DNA of 64,000 bases from the human T2T-CHM13v2.0 reference genome, Homo sapiens: the NCBI RefSeq assembly GCF_009914755.1, contig NC_060927.1, one strand, 5' to 3'. The position numbers were made by a program, and so were the translations under genes. The notes beneath the pieces were generated by a model that was not told the origin of the DNA, did not search any database, and saw nothing but the letters and a program-made list of their open reading frames with translations. Below, piece after piece: positions 27,747-42,460 of this stretch. Position 1 is the first letter of the stretch. Each line of letters opens with the position of its first letter.

Positions 27747-29394
27747 AGAGATCACTGTTCACAGATCTCATACTAATGAAAAAGTTTGAATTAGTGCAGT
27801 AATTACCAAAATGAGACACAGAGACATAAAGTGAGCATGTACTGCTGGAAAATGGTGCTGATGGACTTTCTTGACACCTGATTGTCACATATCTTCAATT
27901 TGAAAAACAAAAAAATGCAATATCTAAGAAGCACCGTAAAACAAAGGGCAATAAAACACGGCATGCCTGTAAATGGCAGTAAATCAGAAAGTAAGGTCAT
28001 CATGAGGTTCCTATATCATGTGTGCATTCTGATTTGATAATTCTGATTCCATCTCATTTTTTACAAATGGGTTTGAACTAGATCTCCATTTGTGTTCAAT
28101 TTTCTGCCTTAATTATGTGCCCATACAGATTTAAACTAAACACAGATCTTCTGTGGTCACAAATTATTGACCTCTGTTATGTTTTCAAAGCCTGCCAAAT
28201 ACTTTAAGTAAGCAAATCTATCCATGGAAAATTCTATAAGGGCTACCCTTTGGCTCCTAAGAGATAGTTTTTGGAATTTTTTTATGGTTCAGATATTTTT
28301 GTAGCTGATTCAACAAAATGAACTTTTTAATTTCATAAACATTCTTCTCATTGACAAGGCAGATGTGACTAAAAGAGATGAGAAATAATAAGAACAAAAC
28401 TTGTTACTGATACATATAGTTGAATTACACCCAAAAATAGTTCAACAGTTATTAAAAACTGCTTTTTTGAGAACTTTTAGCTCTTCTCCAACTTGTAATC
28501 ATGAGAAAATAAGTGAGTAGTAACAGGACCATAATGTTTTTACAAATCCAGACACCTTTATGAAACATTTAAACTATCCAGAACGTAAAAAGGAGAAGAA
28601 ACAAAGGCTGTTGAACAGTAGGAGGGCTATATAAACACCTCCAGGACCTCTGTAATAACCTTTCTATTGCTCTGAGTTCTGCCATACAAACTCAGCATGT
28701 GAACAAATTATTCATGCCTCGGGACATATTAAGTTGTTATGGAAGTTTCTGGAGAAGGTCCACCAGCTGGTGTAGAGAGCTATTTTGCCTGTCTTAATTG
28801 CATATTCCTTAGAATTTCTGTGATCTGTAAAATCGCAGGCCAGAATGAAGCCCCCTTTTCTTAGCATACTTTCTGTGTAATGAATTTAAATATTTGTGTT
28901 AGTTTTAAATGCTGAAAGGGGAATGAAAAAAAATTACAAAATGTACTTATGCCAACAGTTCTCTTATGGTTAACTAAAAGTATTTTTCCCCATTCCTTAA
29001 TTTCAAATCCTGTGAGTTTGGGTAGGGGTCGAGTGCTTGTCTCTGTTTTCCAAATGAAGAATTCCTGGCAAGAAGATTAAGTGACTAAGCCGGCTGTGTA
29101 CATGGCAGTGCTGGGCAGCAGCAACACAGTAGATGACACTTTCAAGTTATTTTTATTATTTGGACCAGATGCATCTGGTTGGCACCTTGAGCCAATGAGC
29201 TGCCCTCCCAGAGGTCCTCTGGCACAGAATTGGAGTTAGTATGAACACCAGAGATATAAGATAAAGCATTTCAGAGAACACTGAAGTTAAATTCAGAAGA
29301 CCTCATTCACATCTCTGCCAAATCACAACTACCTTAAGTGAGCTTGTGAAAATGCGCTTTTTGCCTACCATACAGAATGCTTATCACAGAAGTG

Positions 29395-30120
29395 TTATTG
29401 CTTAGTACTCAGGCTCAAATTCTGGCTCTACAACCTCTGTTCTGTTTCCTCATATGTAAAATGGAAATGGCACCTACATTATGGGTTACATGCGAGGCTC
29501 TTAGCATGATTTTTGGTGTGTAATAAGCCCTCTATTGATAGGAACAGCAGTAGCAGGTAGACTCTATATTGATATATAATCAGAGGAGTTACAATATGTA
29601 TATAAATACCGATAATATAAAGTGGAAAGTTATGCATTCAATTAGCATAATTTAAAGCTCTTTGGTAATTACAGAAAGGAGAGATTATTTTCTTTTGGGT
29701 TGTCATGGGAGTGTTCCTGAAAGAGGTGGTTTTTGAGCTTGGCCTTAAAGGATGAAGATTTGGGCATGCCAAGGCAGGAGGAATTGAAAGTGGTGAAGGA
29801 CATTCCAAGAAGAAGCAGAAGTGTGAACAAAATTAAATGTTTTATCATTGTTATTTTATTGATTTTTAAGAAATTATATTTAATTCACCTTTTGGCCATG
29901 TATGTATGTTTATATGAACATAGCCTGCTGTTTTAGGTTCTGAGAATCCTTACAATACTGTTTTAAATCAAGATATTTTTGATTTCTGCAGAAAACCAGT
30001 AAGGTTTTCTTATTTCCATTTTATAGATAAGGAAACAGACTTCACACTAGTGATTGGTAGAATGGGAGAACCCCAGTGTATAAGCACTAAATTTCATGTG
30101 TTTCCACAGCACTGCACTGC
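29395..30120. mobile_element. MIR / L2 / MIR fragments
   Basis: CTGTTTCCTCATATGTAAAATGG (~29445), L2-like TTTGAGCTTGGCCTTAAAGGATGA (~29735), and CCATTTTATAGATAAGGAAACAGA (~30020). Confidence 0.55.
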
Positions 30121-31849
30121 CTCTGTTAGACTTTAAGTAGAAATAATTTACACACCGTCCACCATATTCCCCAAAGTTGCTTTCTTAAAATGTGTGGCAT
30201 ATTTAGAAAAGTTGGAGAAAGTCTCGGTGACCTCATATAGATGTAACCCCAAACCCACAAATAACTAGTCATAGTACTTAAAAGGCAGCCACAAATCATG
30301 TGTTTTATTAACACCATGTGTGGTGCTCCATCTTGCCACCGTTAGCCAAGCTCTTGCCTCAAGTTTGCTAGGTAACTTATCTTTGTCTTTAGTTTATTAA
30401 ATTAAAACTGACCAATAAATGAGTATCAGGTCTTAGAGCTGTTCAGCAGTGTGGTAGAGGAATCCTATTCTTGACTCTTGACTCATACATATTTGAAAAA
30501 AAAATAAGGATTTTTATTTATTCATATTAGGAAATTATGTTAATAAATTCATAATAGTCAAATCATTTAAATAGATACCTACTTCTAGACCATTGTTCTC
30601 CCAGCAATTTTCTATTTACCATTAGTATGATTTCCTTTATACAGGTTTTTTTTAATGTAGATAAAATATCCTGAGTTGCATTTATAATACATTTTAGTTG
30701 AAGCAATAAGACACAAAAGCTCATGTTTTTTCATAAGGTCTCTAAGACAGATATCTCCAGTATTAGATGAACACAGTGTATTTCCCAGGATTATGCTATT
30801 GCATACTTGTTACATTTTGAATATGAAGTTAACATATTCTGCTTGAAATGTCTTGATTACATTGCATGTTCTGAAAACTCAAACTATTCCAATAAAACTG
30901 TTACTTCAAGAGTAATATGACTATATGATGTGACATTTATATTAAATGTGATTTTCATGTACTGTATAGGGTTTTTTGTATAACAAACTAATTTCATCCA
31001 ATTCTGGTTGCATTGTAAACTTGGGGGTGAGCTAAAGTGATTTGTCATAAATATCCCACTATGGAATTTATTCTGAATGAATTGTAGCATATTTCTCATT
31101 TTTAATAATATAAGGTTAATATCATTCAGTATGAAATATATTTTCAAAAATGCCTCCCCAATGCTGTCACTATTGTATAAATTTTAACTTGATGTCTGCA
31201 TTGCCTAACACTTTCTGTACTTTATCTGCTGTTCTTAATATTGCTAAGATTCTTATAGGAATATATGCCTTTGTTGCCCAGTGTATAGCTAGTATCAAGA
31301 ACACTTGTTACCATTTTGGAAATGAAGTAGTATTTTCAAGCTACCAAGACAATTGAGGAGTTTTGAAATGTTAATAATTCTCATTATGTGGTAACGGATT
31401 TTAGAAATTACTGCATTTACTTTAAAAGCCCAGTGCATCTCTACTTAGTCCTTTATTGATAGTGTTCATCAGTCTTCACAGGTGTATGATAATGTGTAAT
31501 GAAAAGTACAGCTTTTCACATCTTTGCTATTCACGACGAACCCTGAATCCTCATGTTTCTTCACCCCAGCACAGTCCTTTCCCTACTCCTCTTTGCTAGG
31601 CACCAGTCTAGGCAGACAGAGTAGGTAAGTGACATTAGGAACAGGACAAGATTAAGTGACACCTGGGTGCTACAAGGCTGAAGAAAGGACCAGACCAATT
31701 CTACGTCAGATTTCAATGTGAAAAAAAATACTTTTGATGCCTTCCCGTCTCATCTTTTGCATCCCTCATTATCTCTTATTCTCCTGATGATCCTCCACAT
31801 CTGATAGAAGAGTTACAGTTCTTTTACGTCAGGGGGTAACTGTAACCAT

Positions 31850-32030
31850 CAGGGGCTCTGGAACCCCACTTATCAGCATTGTGGCTTTGGGCAAGTTAGT
31901 TAACCACTCTGTGCCTTAGTTTCCTTGTCTGTAAAATTCGAATGGTTTGTAATGGTGCCCCATCCCAACTGGAATGTAAAATGCATTAAACAGTGCCTAC
32001 CATATAGTAGACACTGTAGAAATGTTGGCA
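31850..32030. mobile_element. MIR
   Basis: TTGGGCAAGTTAGTTAACCACTCTGTGCCTTAGTTTCCTTGTCTGTAAAAT. Confidence 0.75.
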
Positions 32031-33709
32031 GCAATGGTATTATGACAATAGGTTCATATTACAAATTAGATGGTTAAGGCCTTATGGGTGAGACTTTATA
32101 TCCACGCTAAAAGGAGATCAGTAAATGTTGCATTTACTGAATGTTGCATTAATGAAAAACTTGCCTTTACTTGTAAGTGCCCCTTACTTAAAATTATCTC
32201 TTTTTCCCCCTTAAAACATTAATTCTTTCAGAGTATACTCTAGTAAGGGTGTTAAAAGAAAAAAAAAGATGATAACTAAACCAAACAACAATAAGGTGGG
32301 AATGATTAGTGGCTGCACCCTAGGAATGTTTTTTATTTAAATCATATTAATTTGCAAAATTCCAGGCAGCTTGGAATTAGGAAGAGGAATCTGGGCCGGT
32401 AACCTGAATATCCAGGTCAGTTTAACTTCTCACGTCAAAGAAAATACTGCTTTACTATAAGCAATGAGAGGTCCAAGATTCAGTTTCTACCATATATTGA
32501 CTCCTAGTAACTAGGAGTAGTCATAACCATTACCCCAGGTCCCACAGAACATTTAGCCTGTGGGACCCTCTTTGACTTGAGATGACCTGACTTCTTGGGT
32601 TCCCAGATGCTGGAAATCTTGCAAAGAGGGCCTCAAAGTAGCTTCTTGATCTCATTAAGTTGTTCTCTCCCCTCACCATTGTTTCTCTAAAATGTTTGGC
32701 TGGCTTTTTAAAAATAGTACATAAAGTGTATTATTTCTCCTTAATTACCACACAGTGTAATGTGGTAACCATTGGATGCCTTATCAAATATGTTTGAGAT
32801 TGAGCCCATTTAAAATTTATTCCAATACAGTTCTAAACTCCATTCATGCCTAAGGATTGTCATTTACTGTAATATAGCATGGTCCTCAGTCTTCCACTCA
32901 AAGGAATTAGAGGAATTAATGCCAGTCATTTTCATTAAACCCTTTTAATGTTAAAGATCATAATGTTCTTAAATGTTCAAAATATACAGAACATATGAAC
33001 TGTGACATTGGGCTCCATTTCAAAATAGCATGTTTGCATATCCCTGTTGTGGCTGTTTTCCACTTCTAATGGTCATAAAACCCTGGCTTATATTTAGCAG
33101 AAAATCAACGACTTTGACAGAGGAGCTTAGCCTGGTAACAGCGCAAATTAATAACCATCTTTAATAGTAGTGAGAACAGTCTTTGAAGGGGTAAGCCAAA
33201 ACCTGACCCCCGAAATCAACAGTATTGTCAAAGTATTTTACGGTAGATTGGCTGTTTAATCTACTATTTAAATGTACTTACTAGTTTTATCTAAGGAGAC
33301 AAAACCAGTAACTTACCTTTATAGGAAATACTTTAGTTAAACTGTAGTGTAATTGCAGTGCTCCAGATTAACTACCCTCAAGCAGTAAACTATATTGGTT
33401 GCAGTATAGAAAGGATGTCTGCTTAGTATCTGCATAATATCAACCATTGACATAATTTTTTAGATTTATTTTTAGGACCTTCCAAATACAGGATACTATT
33501 CTAAAACCTAATAAGAATAGGGGAGATATATATATATAAAGCTATGCTTTAAGAGTTCATTTAGAAACTTTATTTTACTGTGCTGGAAAATACTGTGTCA
33601 AGTTGTACTTAAATTCAAAGACAAAATAAATTAACTGTGACCTTAAATCAAAATTTAATTATGTAGTACCTATTTCTTTATCTTAAAATGTGAAGCAAAT
33701 AGTTATGAG

Positions 33710-34330
33710 GGCACAGTTGGTGTAGTGAGAAAATACTTCTCTAGTTACTGTAATTATGGGATAATTAAATAACCTTTCTGAACTTCAGTTTCCTCATCTA
33801 CAAAATGTGAACAGTTCTTGTACTGCTTACTTCTTAGTGTTTGCATTGGGAATCAAATGAGATGATAATGTGAGAAAATGCTTCTTTAATTACTAAGTGT
33901 TTTTCAAATGTCTGTGAAGTCCTAAATACAAATCATAAAATTAGCAATGTAGAAGACTCTAGGCTGCAGCTACACATGTGTATCTTCGAAGAGTATTTAC
34001 CCAACATCCTTTGAAAAGCAAAGAAGTAACCTGAGCTTTCATTGACACACAAATTTTCATCTTAATTTTTGTGTCAAAGAGATGTTGCTTCATGTAGCTG
34101 ATAAGCTAGCATTTATTGACTTCTTATTGTTATTTTAGATATTATTTCTGCTAATCAACCCTTATTTCTACATGTCATATCATTTAATCTTCCCAACAAT
34201 CCTTTGAGGTAGGTAATGTTAGTAGCTTCATTGAGGGAACTGAAGTAGAATTGCTTAAAGGATTATCTAAAACCACACAGCTAATAAGTGGCCAAATGAA
34301 GACTGAACTCAGAGCTGTGTTATTCCAAAG
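33710..34330. mobile_element. Two MIRs in opposite orientation (~33710-33915, ~34105-34330)
   Basis: CTGAACTTCAGTTTCCTCATCTACAAAATG, and CATTTAATCTTCCCAACAATCCTTTGAGGTAGG...CACACAGCTAATAAGTGG. Confidence 0.65.
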
Positions 34331-35568
34331 CCCAGGCAGCTCTCCTGGCCCCCAAAGTAGGCAATTGGAATCACACTAGGTATAATATAGCTTATCCCAT
34401 ATTAAAGCACCCCCTCACCCAAATCATAACTTCTAAAAGACCTATTGTCATAAAATAGTTTTAAAACTTGGTACCGTAACTTTTAGCCATAAAAGGGACC
34501 AATAGCCTTTGCTAATTAAGAGTACTGACAGATTCATTACCTGACTTGAATGCAAGTGAATGACTGGCCTCTCAGAGACCACCAGTGGTTACACAGTGGC
34601 CAAATTGGAAATTCATTAGCCAGAATAAGAAGTACTGGAAGAAGCAGCTGCTAACTTCTACCTTCTCTTTTTGCCACTTCCCTGATCAGATCTACAGAAC
34701 CCTGTATCTCTAAATCCCACTCATCCTTCAGCTTCCCAGCTTGAGCATAACTGGCTTTTTTCCTTAACTAATGATAAGTATCACCACATGTTTAAAGAAT
34801 TAAGCCATTTTAATTGAATTCCTACAGAAGCCCTGCTGAACAGTAGATAGCAAAGGAAAAGTGTATTTGTTTAACTATAACTCAGAGTTATATAGTATGC
34901 CTCACATTCTCACAAAAATTATTTTTTGACTAAGTTTCTAGCCTGAGAGCAATAGTCTGCATTTATGGGCCTAGGTACACATTCTTTAGAGTTGGGTAGC
35001 TTCCCCTAATAATTAACACGGTTATTGAGGAATGCTTTTTAACCATTCTTGTATTAGGATGCCACCTATAAAGATATCATCCAAAATGTGGCACATTGTC
35101 ACCAGAAGTATGCAGAATGATTACTGGTAGTACAATATAAACATTTTTAAAAATTATAATTATAAATGTTAATTTTCTGTTAGGAAAAGTATACAGCCAG
35201 CACACCAAAGCCATGACTTCATGATTTTTTAAAGTTGAGGTTAAACTAGGTATTTTATTTTTAAAAAAGTTAAAAGAAATGTCAAATGAAGAACCCTTCA
35301 GTTAGTACCTGAATAGGCAGGTACACATATAAGTGAGATGTGGAAAACAGTGGCCTGAAATACGCATGATGATCTCAGCACTAGTTGTCTACAGTGCAGC
35401 GTCCTGTATGACAGAGTCTTGATCATCCTGCCTTTGTGGCATTCTGTAATGAAAACTTTGGATTGGCTATTACTTTTGTTATAGTGAGCTTATTAGGGAA
35501 TATTTTGTCCCTTGCAGAATATTTTGTCCAGCTTCAAAACAGCCTTATTCCTTCAAAATAAGGAGTAG

Positions 35569-35895
<327 letters not shown>

Positions 35896-36733
35896 AGTCC
35901 CAGAGTCTTATTTCCTTATTTTTCTTATAATGACATATTCATTATTTGCCAGCTCCTTCACAATGGGAGAGGCTCTGCAGAATTTACTGTGATGAGTTTG
36001 CAAGGTGAAAGCAAAAGAACAATTATTTTTCTTGGTAGTTTAAATGAGATCTTGCTATGGAAAAGTCTGAGGTAAAACCCCAAAGCTGTTTCTCCCCCAA
36101 AAAAGTAGGTATTTATTTAGGAAGTAAAGTTGGCAACAAGGAATATGTAAACCTCTCTTAAATATGACATGTATGTTTCATTAGGATTTCAAAGTAACTG
36201 TTTATCAGGTAATATACAGTACTACCTGTGTTTATAACTTCTGACTTTGACTGCATGAGAAACCTAGACTTGAAGGTTTTCTTGACTTTTGATCTTTTAA
36301 GTGTGTTTTTTACTTTGTGGTTGTGTTTGAAAACAATTTAACTTGAATGGCTAAGATTCGTGCTTTGGGAAAGTTTTTTGTTGTTTAATCTGTTGGTTTT
36401 CATTGAAAAACTGCTGCTAGAAACAATGTGAATTTTGGAATCCAACTCGCTTGGTTTAGAATACTGGGTCTCGACTTCTCACTGCTCTATGACTTTGAGC
36501 AAATTGGCGCCTGACTGAGCCTCAGTTACACAAACTGAACATGGGCCTAACAATCCTTACTTCATGGGGTTGCAATCAAGATTAATGTAGGATACTATAA
36601 AAGGGTTCCTGCAGTGTTGGACAGAATAAATGGATGGTAGCTCTTAGTTTTGTTTTTTTTCAGTCTATAGCTGCACTGTGATCTATGGTTATGTAACCCC
36701 ACCATTTATAGCCTCACTATACTTCTAAGTAGC

Positions 36734-37108
36734 TATATTAGTACGTTCTCACACTGCTATAAAGAACTACCTGAGACTGGGTAATTTATAAGAAAAAGTT
36801 TTAATTATGCTCACAGTTTTGTGAGCTGTACAGGCTTCTGCTTCTGGGGAGGCCTCAGGAAACTTACAATCATGGCAGAAGGTGAAGGGGAAGGAGGCAC
36901 ATCTTCACATGGCCTGCAGGAGAGAGACAGTGAAGTGGGAGGTGCTACAAACTTTCAAACAACCATATCTTATTAGAACTCTATCACAAGGACAGGAAGG
37001 GGGAAGTCTGCCCCCATGATTCAGTCATCTCCCACCAGGTCCCTCCTCCAACACTGAGGATTACAATTAAACATGACATTTGGGTGGGGACACAACCAAA
37101 CCATATCA
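36734..37108 (-). mobile_element. MSTA (MaLR) solo LTR
   Basis: Ends TATATTAGT...AAACCATATCA, perfect 5-bp TSD GTAGC, and GGGGAGGCCTCAGGAAACTTACAATCATGGC. Confidence 0.88.
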
Positions 37109-38038
37109 GTAGCCTTCTTTCCTTGAACTTGCCCTAGAGAGCCTCCTTATTCTTGCTCCACATGGACCATTCAGGATTTTGCTATTCACTGTGTATTTTT
37201 AAGTCATTTCTCCTGCCCACCTCCTTTCCTGCCAGTTCTGCATCCTATTTCCCCCTTTATTTCAGTCTTTACTGTTGTTTTCTCTGGACTTTCAATTGTT
37301 AGCACACACTTCAGCAGTTGTTTTTCTCTACTTCCTTGATTCAAATCTTATTTCTCCAATAAAATCTATGTACACAAGAGCAAAGAAGACTGTACCTATA
37401 CTTTTCCCATATTATCTACAATTGCTTGGCATAGTGCCAGAAACAAAAAAGATGTTAAATCAGATGCATTGAAAAAATGGGAAAGCAGTGGTCTTAAAAT
37501 AAAAGCCCAAAACATTCTGATACATTTAGTTTAGGTATAGTTATACTATATCGAGTACAATACTAACTACCCAGTAATGGAAATGTAATGGAGAAAAGAA
37601 GAGGAAATACACTAAATCCCTTATGTGAGACCTAGATTCAAATTCTGTTTCTCTACTTGCATGACATTAGGCAAGTCACCTAACATTAAATGTAAAATTG
37701 CAGGGTGCAGGAGATGGGGAGAACAAACCAAACAACTAATAAGTACAACAGACTTGGACTCTGAAGATTGAAATCTTGGCTCTGGAACTAAATAACTGCA
37801 TGCATCTTCTTGAACAAGTCATGCATCTCTTGATTTCCCTCATCTCTAAATTTAGCGTGACAAAATCCATCTCACAAGGCTGTTAGGATTAATTAGAACT
37901 TGTGTGTGTCGATGCCTGGTATATTGTGGGCATATACTAAATGTTAGATTTATTTATCAAAAAAACTCTGTGGATCTTATGTGACCTCATTGTAGAAATG
38001 AGGGACTTTAGTTAGCCAATCACTGAAATCCCCTTGAG

Positions 38039-38322
38039 CTCTTAGTTTTGGGCAGGTATAACAAAGTACCATGGACTGAGTGGATTGTAAACAATAGAAA
38101 GTTACCTCTCACAGTTTTGGAGGCTGGATGTACAAGATCAGGGAACTGGCATGGTTGGGTTCTGGTGGGTTCTCTGTTCTGGGTTACAGACTACCAACTT
38201 ATCACTGGATCCTCTCATGGCAAAAAGAGAATAAGAAAGCTCTCCAAGTTTCCTTTCATCATATTGTTGTTAGGATTTAAACATATCAATTTGTGGGGGA
38301 CACAAACATTCTATCCATAACA
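38039..38322 (-). mobile_element. MLT1A/MST-like MaLR LTR with internal deletion
   Basis: TATAACAAAGTACCATGGACTGAGTGG...CTCACAGTTTTGGAGGCTGG...GGGGGACACAAACATTCTATCCATAACA. Confidence 0.75.
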
Positions 38323-40264
38323 AGTTCCAACATTCTACATCAGTCATCTCAGAGAGAAGATAATAGATAAAGAATGGATATTGTTCTTTTTAAGCTCACT
38401 AGGGATTCCTAACTTATCTACAGGAAACAGTTGTAACAAATAGAGAAAAATTGATGCCTCTAAATTAAATATGGTACTAGTAAAATATGTATTATTCATA
38501 CTATGGCTTTACCTTCATAGTAATACCAGTGGATATCTATGGCATCTTCCTCCTGTGTTTTGATGTTTCATTTTGCCCAGTAAGAACCTCCCTATATTGC
38601 ATGCTTAAATGATAAAGTATCTCAGTAATAAATAAAGCAGAGTTGAACCTGCCAAGTTGACCGACAGTTCACTGGTAGAAGAAGAGCTATATTTTATAAT
38701 GCATACATCAGGTTTGACTTCTCCTTAATATTATACATGATTAAACAAGTTCAAAGAGAATATAACATTGATTCACTGCATTTCTCAGTGAAGGATTCTG
38801 CCTGTTGAAGAGAAGAATGTAATCTATTGCCAATTGGGGTTTTGTATTTGAAGTCCTCTGATTTCTAAAATAAGCACAAATTGTTTTCTTGTCTTTCATC
38901 TTCACAGCCTTTCTATGCATAGAAATCTTGAATATGGTCTTTTTCTGGCAAGTGTCTGAATAAGGGTTTACAATGCCTTGTTTATCTGACAAGCAACCAT
39001 GTTGGCAAATATTTCAAGGCTCCAGTAATACTAATGTGAGTCTTTAGGTAAAGGAAGCTGGTTATCTGTCTGGCACATGGGAAGACTTAAGAGCATTGCA
39101 GTAATGAACTATTTCCTTAGAATGCCAGGTTTACCAGCAATCAGATATGGAGGCCGCAATTAATACATTAGGATCCACCAGGAGGTCCTAAAATTGGGTC
39201 TTGTAGAGTTTCAAAAGAGATACTGTTACTGTGCCCCTCCTTTTCCCACTCTGTTGGCCAAAGTTCTGAGTATGGCACTTCCCTCCTTGCTTCCTTGAGA
39301 TCTCAGCATTTAGTGAAGTGAAAAGTTCTCTGCTCACAAGAAAGATCCTCCCCCCAATCCGGGGTTTGACAGACAGGTCTATATGGTGTGATTCCATGGA
39401 TATGTGGTATATAATATGCCAGAATGTTTGACCTACCAGGTAGGAATCTAACCATATCTTCCTCCACAAGCACTAACATTTAGGATTTTGGTTTTTGTTT
39501 TTCCTCAAGTTGTTATTTTGAACATCTTATTTGTAAGTTCTCTGAGGGAAATTGAAATTTAAAATATCTAAGACAAAGAGGAAAAATCTAATTGAGTTGA
39601 TCATTTCTGAGATTACTTTAAGTCTTTGTAAACTTAGTTTAAATTTTCACATTTGTTCCAAGTAAATACTTAGAAAACTTAAGAACTGCATTTGATGCCA
39701 CAGTTGATCTTCTGGCAGCAGATAGTAAATGGGAGAAAAGTAAAGCCAGTAAAAACGGTTCTTAATAGAAATGTAAAGGAATTTAATAAGTATATATTCT
39801 GTTCTTAAGCCTTTGAAAACCATGAGAGATTACTTTTATAAAAATATATATATTTTTTTTTGCGTGAACTCCACTTCTTGGAGCTCAAGTTCTTGGCCCA
39901 AATTGTCTCTGCAAATCTGTATTATGAAAGTCTATTCTTAGGTATGGTTTTTAAAGGATGACCCCTGGACAGTTATGTTCCGACACTTTTAACCATGTAA
40001 CCCTTTCTTCACACAAAAATATTTCATTGAAGTACAATATCTACAGTGAGCCCCCTCTGTTTGAAGTGGGGTAAAGAAAGAAAAACAGAAGTCCACATAT
40101 ACACACAGACATGCAACATGTATGCATAAATCTGTGGTTTCAAAGGTCACAGTTTGAAAATCCTGAGTATTTTACTATGTTTTCATTAGAAGGACAGCCC
40201 CAGTTTTTCAAATTCTGAACTAGACCTTGAGCAATAATTATTTTAAATTTAAAAGTACAAACTA

Positions 40265-41235
40265 CAGGAAGAAGATTCCTGAAAGATGGTAGCAGTAGTG
40301 ACATTGTTCTTTAATCTCATCATAAAACAGAGCAAGTAGGATATCAAAACCAAAAACCTACAGATAGCAACAACCTCAAAGCTAAGTATCCTTATAAACC
40401 CCCAAATACTAGCAGGTAAGGACAAACTGCCAACAACTACAAAATCAGTGTGGGATCAGTAAATGTGTGGAAGGAAGCAAATGTAAGGAAACAAGGTGGT
40501 TGATGGGTCCTGAGAAGAGGAAAGCCCTTGAAGTGCCAGCAAATACTCATTGGAAAGCACAGCAAGCCAATTACATAGCAACCACTGAGATTGCTTGGGC
40601 GTTTTTGTAATGTTTAATTCATAGGTGAATAAAGGAGACTGGAAAGTGATTCAGTTTGATAGTGCTAAAGCAGTCTGGGCCTTAAAAACTCCTGAAGCAG
40701 ACAAACCAAAGTTGTCTTCCAGAACAAATGCTGTCACTGAAGGAAGCTACTTGAAGTAGAATCCAAATTAAGCAGTACAGGACAAAAGGGGAGAAGAAAC
40801 AAAGTCCATATAAAAAGTGGGCAAGGACAACAGAGTAGGCAGTCCCACAAAGTGGGAGACCACATTTTGTAAAATCACTTTGTGAAAACAATTGAAAAGA
40901 CAGCTTTGGAATCATTAAGTTGGGAAGAACTAGGCTGGACTGTCCCTTTCACAGTACAGGAAAACATCTTTAAAAAAAAAAAAAGGAAAACAAAAATGGT
41001 TAAAGCCTTTATAAGATAAAAGAATACAGGGCAAAATAACGTTCCTACAATGAAAACATGCCCCAAAAAATCCACAAAATAGATTAAAACTATGAACTAT
41101 TACTTCAAAACAAGCTAAAAGAAGTTTTTTACATGATATCCGAAAGGAAAGACAAATCCAAATTAGAAAAGACTCAGAAATTAGGTGATTGAGTAAAAAT
41201 CAATGGAGTATATAAGATATTTTAGAAAGGAAAAC
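40265..41235 (+). mobile_element. Probable ancient L1/HAL1 5' region
   Basis: A-rich + strand beginning TTCCTGAAAGATGGTAG (AAGATGG start typical of old L1 5' ends). Family uncertain. Confidence 0.4.
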
Positions 41236-41683
41236 ATGAGCCACTTACTTTCTGTCCAGCCAGACTTACCTTCAGTTACAGCTCCCCCAGACAATCAAAT
41301 ATTGCTCACATGAGCCCTTGCTGAGAAATCTACTGGAAAATGAGTTTCAGACAACCAAAATGAAAAACAAATTGTAGAGACATCAGAATAAGGACTGGTG
41401 AAATTTTGTTTCTTAGCACTTAGATACAGGACCATGTGACTGAGTCCTGGCCACCGACAAGGGGTAGCAGAAATACAAGGTACTTCCAAGCACCATCCTC
41501 CATACTTTTTTCACTGATTTGTCAGCTAGGTACAAAGGATCCAGCAAAGTATTCTTTGTCACCAATAGAAATAACTTCACAGTTATTCCAGATATCTTTA
41601 AATAATGCTTCATCACCTCATTACAATTTTTAGACCTAGCAGATTAAATTGGATTTTGTCATTTATTATTAAATCTGTAACAC

Positions 41684-41982
41684 TTTTTTTTTTTTTTTGA
41701 GACAGGATTGCTCTGTCACCCAGGCTGGAGTGCAGTGCCGTGATCACAGCTCACTGCAGCCTCAACCTCCTGGACTCAATCCTCCCACCTCAGCCTCCTG
41801 AGTAGCTGGGACCACAGGCGCACATGCTACCAAGCCCAGCTAATTTTTTTATTGTTACTTTTTGTAGAGACAGGGTTTTGCTGTATTGCCTATGCTGGTC
41901 TCAAACTCCTGGGCTCAAGCGATCCTCTCACCTTGGCCTCCCAGACTGCTGGAATTACAGGCATGAGCCACTGTGTCTGGCC
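41684..41982 (-). mobile_element. AluJ
   Basis: Full dimer with 9-bp TSD CTGTAACAC at 41675-41683 and 41983-41991. Confidence 0.93.
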
Positions 41983-42460
41983 CTGTAACACAAAAGTTTT
42001 TAATCCTTTGATAACTTTATTTCAATATAATCTATTTTCTTTGTGATACTGTGCATTTTCTGTTATGATTTAAAAATATTATCCTGAGAAAAGGTCCATA
42101 TGCTTCACTAGACTACCAGATGGGTCCATGGCACCTGATTTAAATGGAAGAAGACAGGGTCTTTAAATTAAATGGGAGCAGAGTGCCTTTCCCCCACTCT
42201 ATCAATACACATTGAAAATGACTTGAGCCAGAAATAGTTTTTGTCATGTTTAAATGGGAAAAAAAAGCACAAAGGAAAGTTTTTTATTTTATTCAAATGC
42301 TTTTTTAGAAAGAACATTAATATTTTCTTAATGTTTTAGTAGTTTTTCATTATTCAAAATCAGTTTACATGGTCTTTACTGATTATCCCCAGGGGTCAAA
42401 AAAAGCACCAATCTACCTTTAATTTTTGTGGTTGGGAAAGCTAGACCAAAGTGAAAAAAA

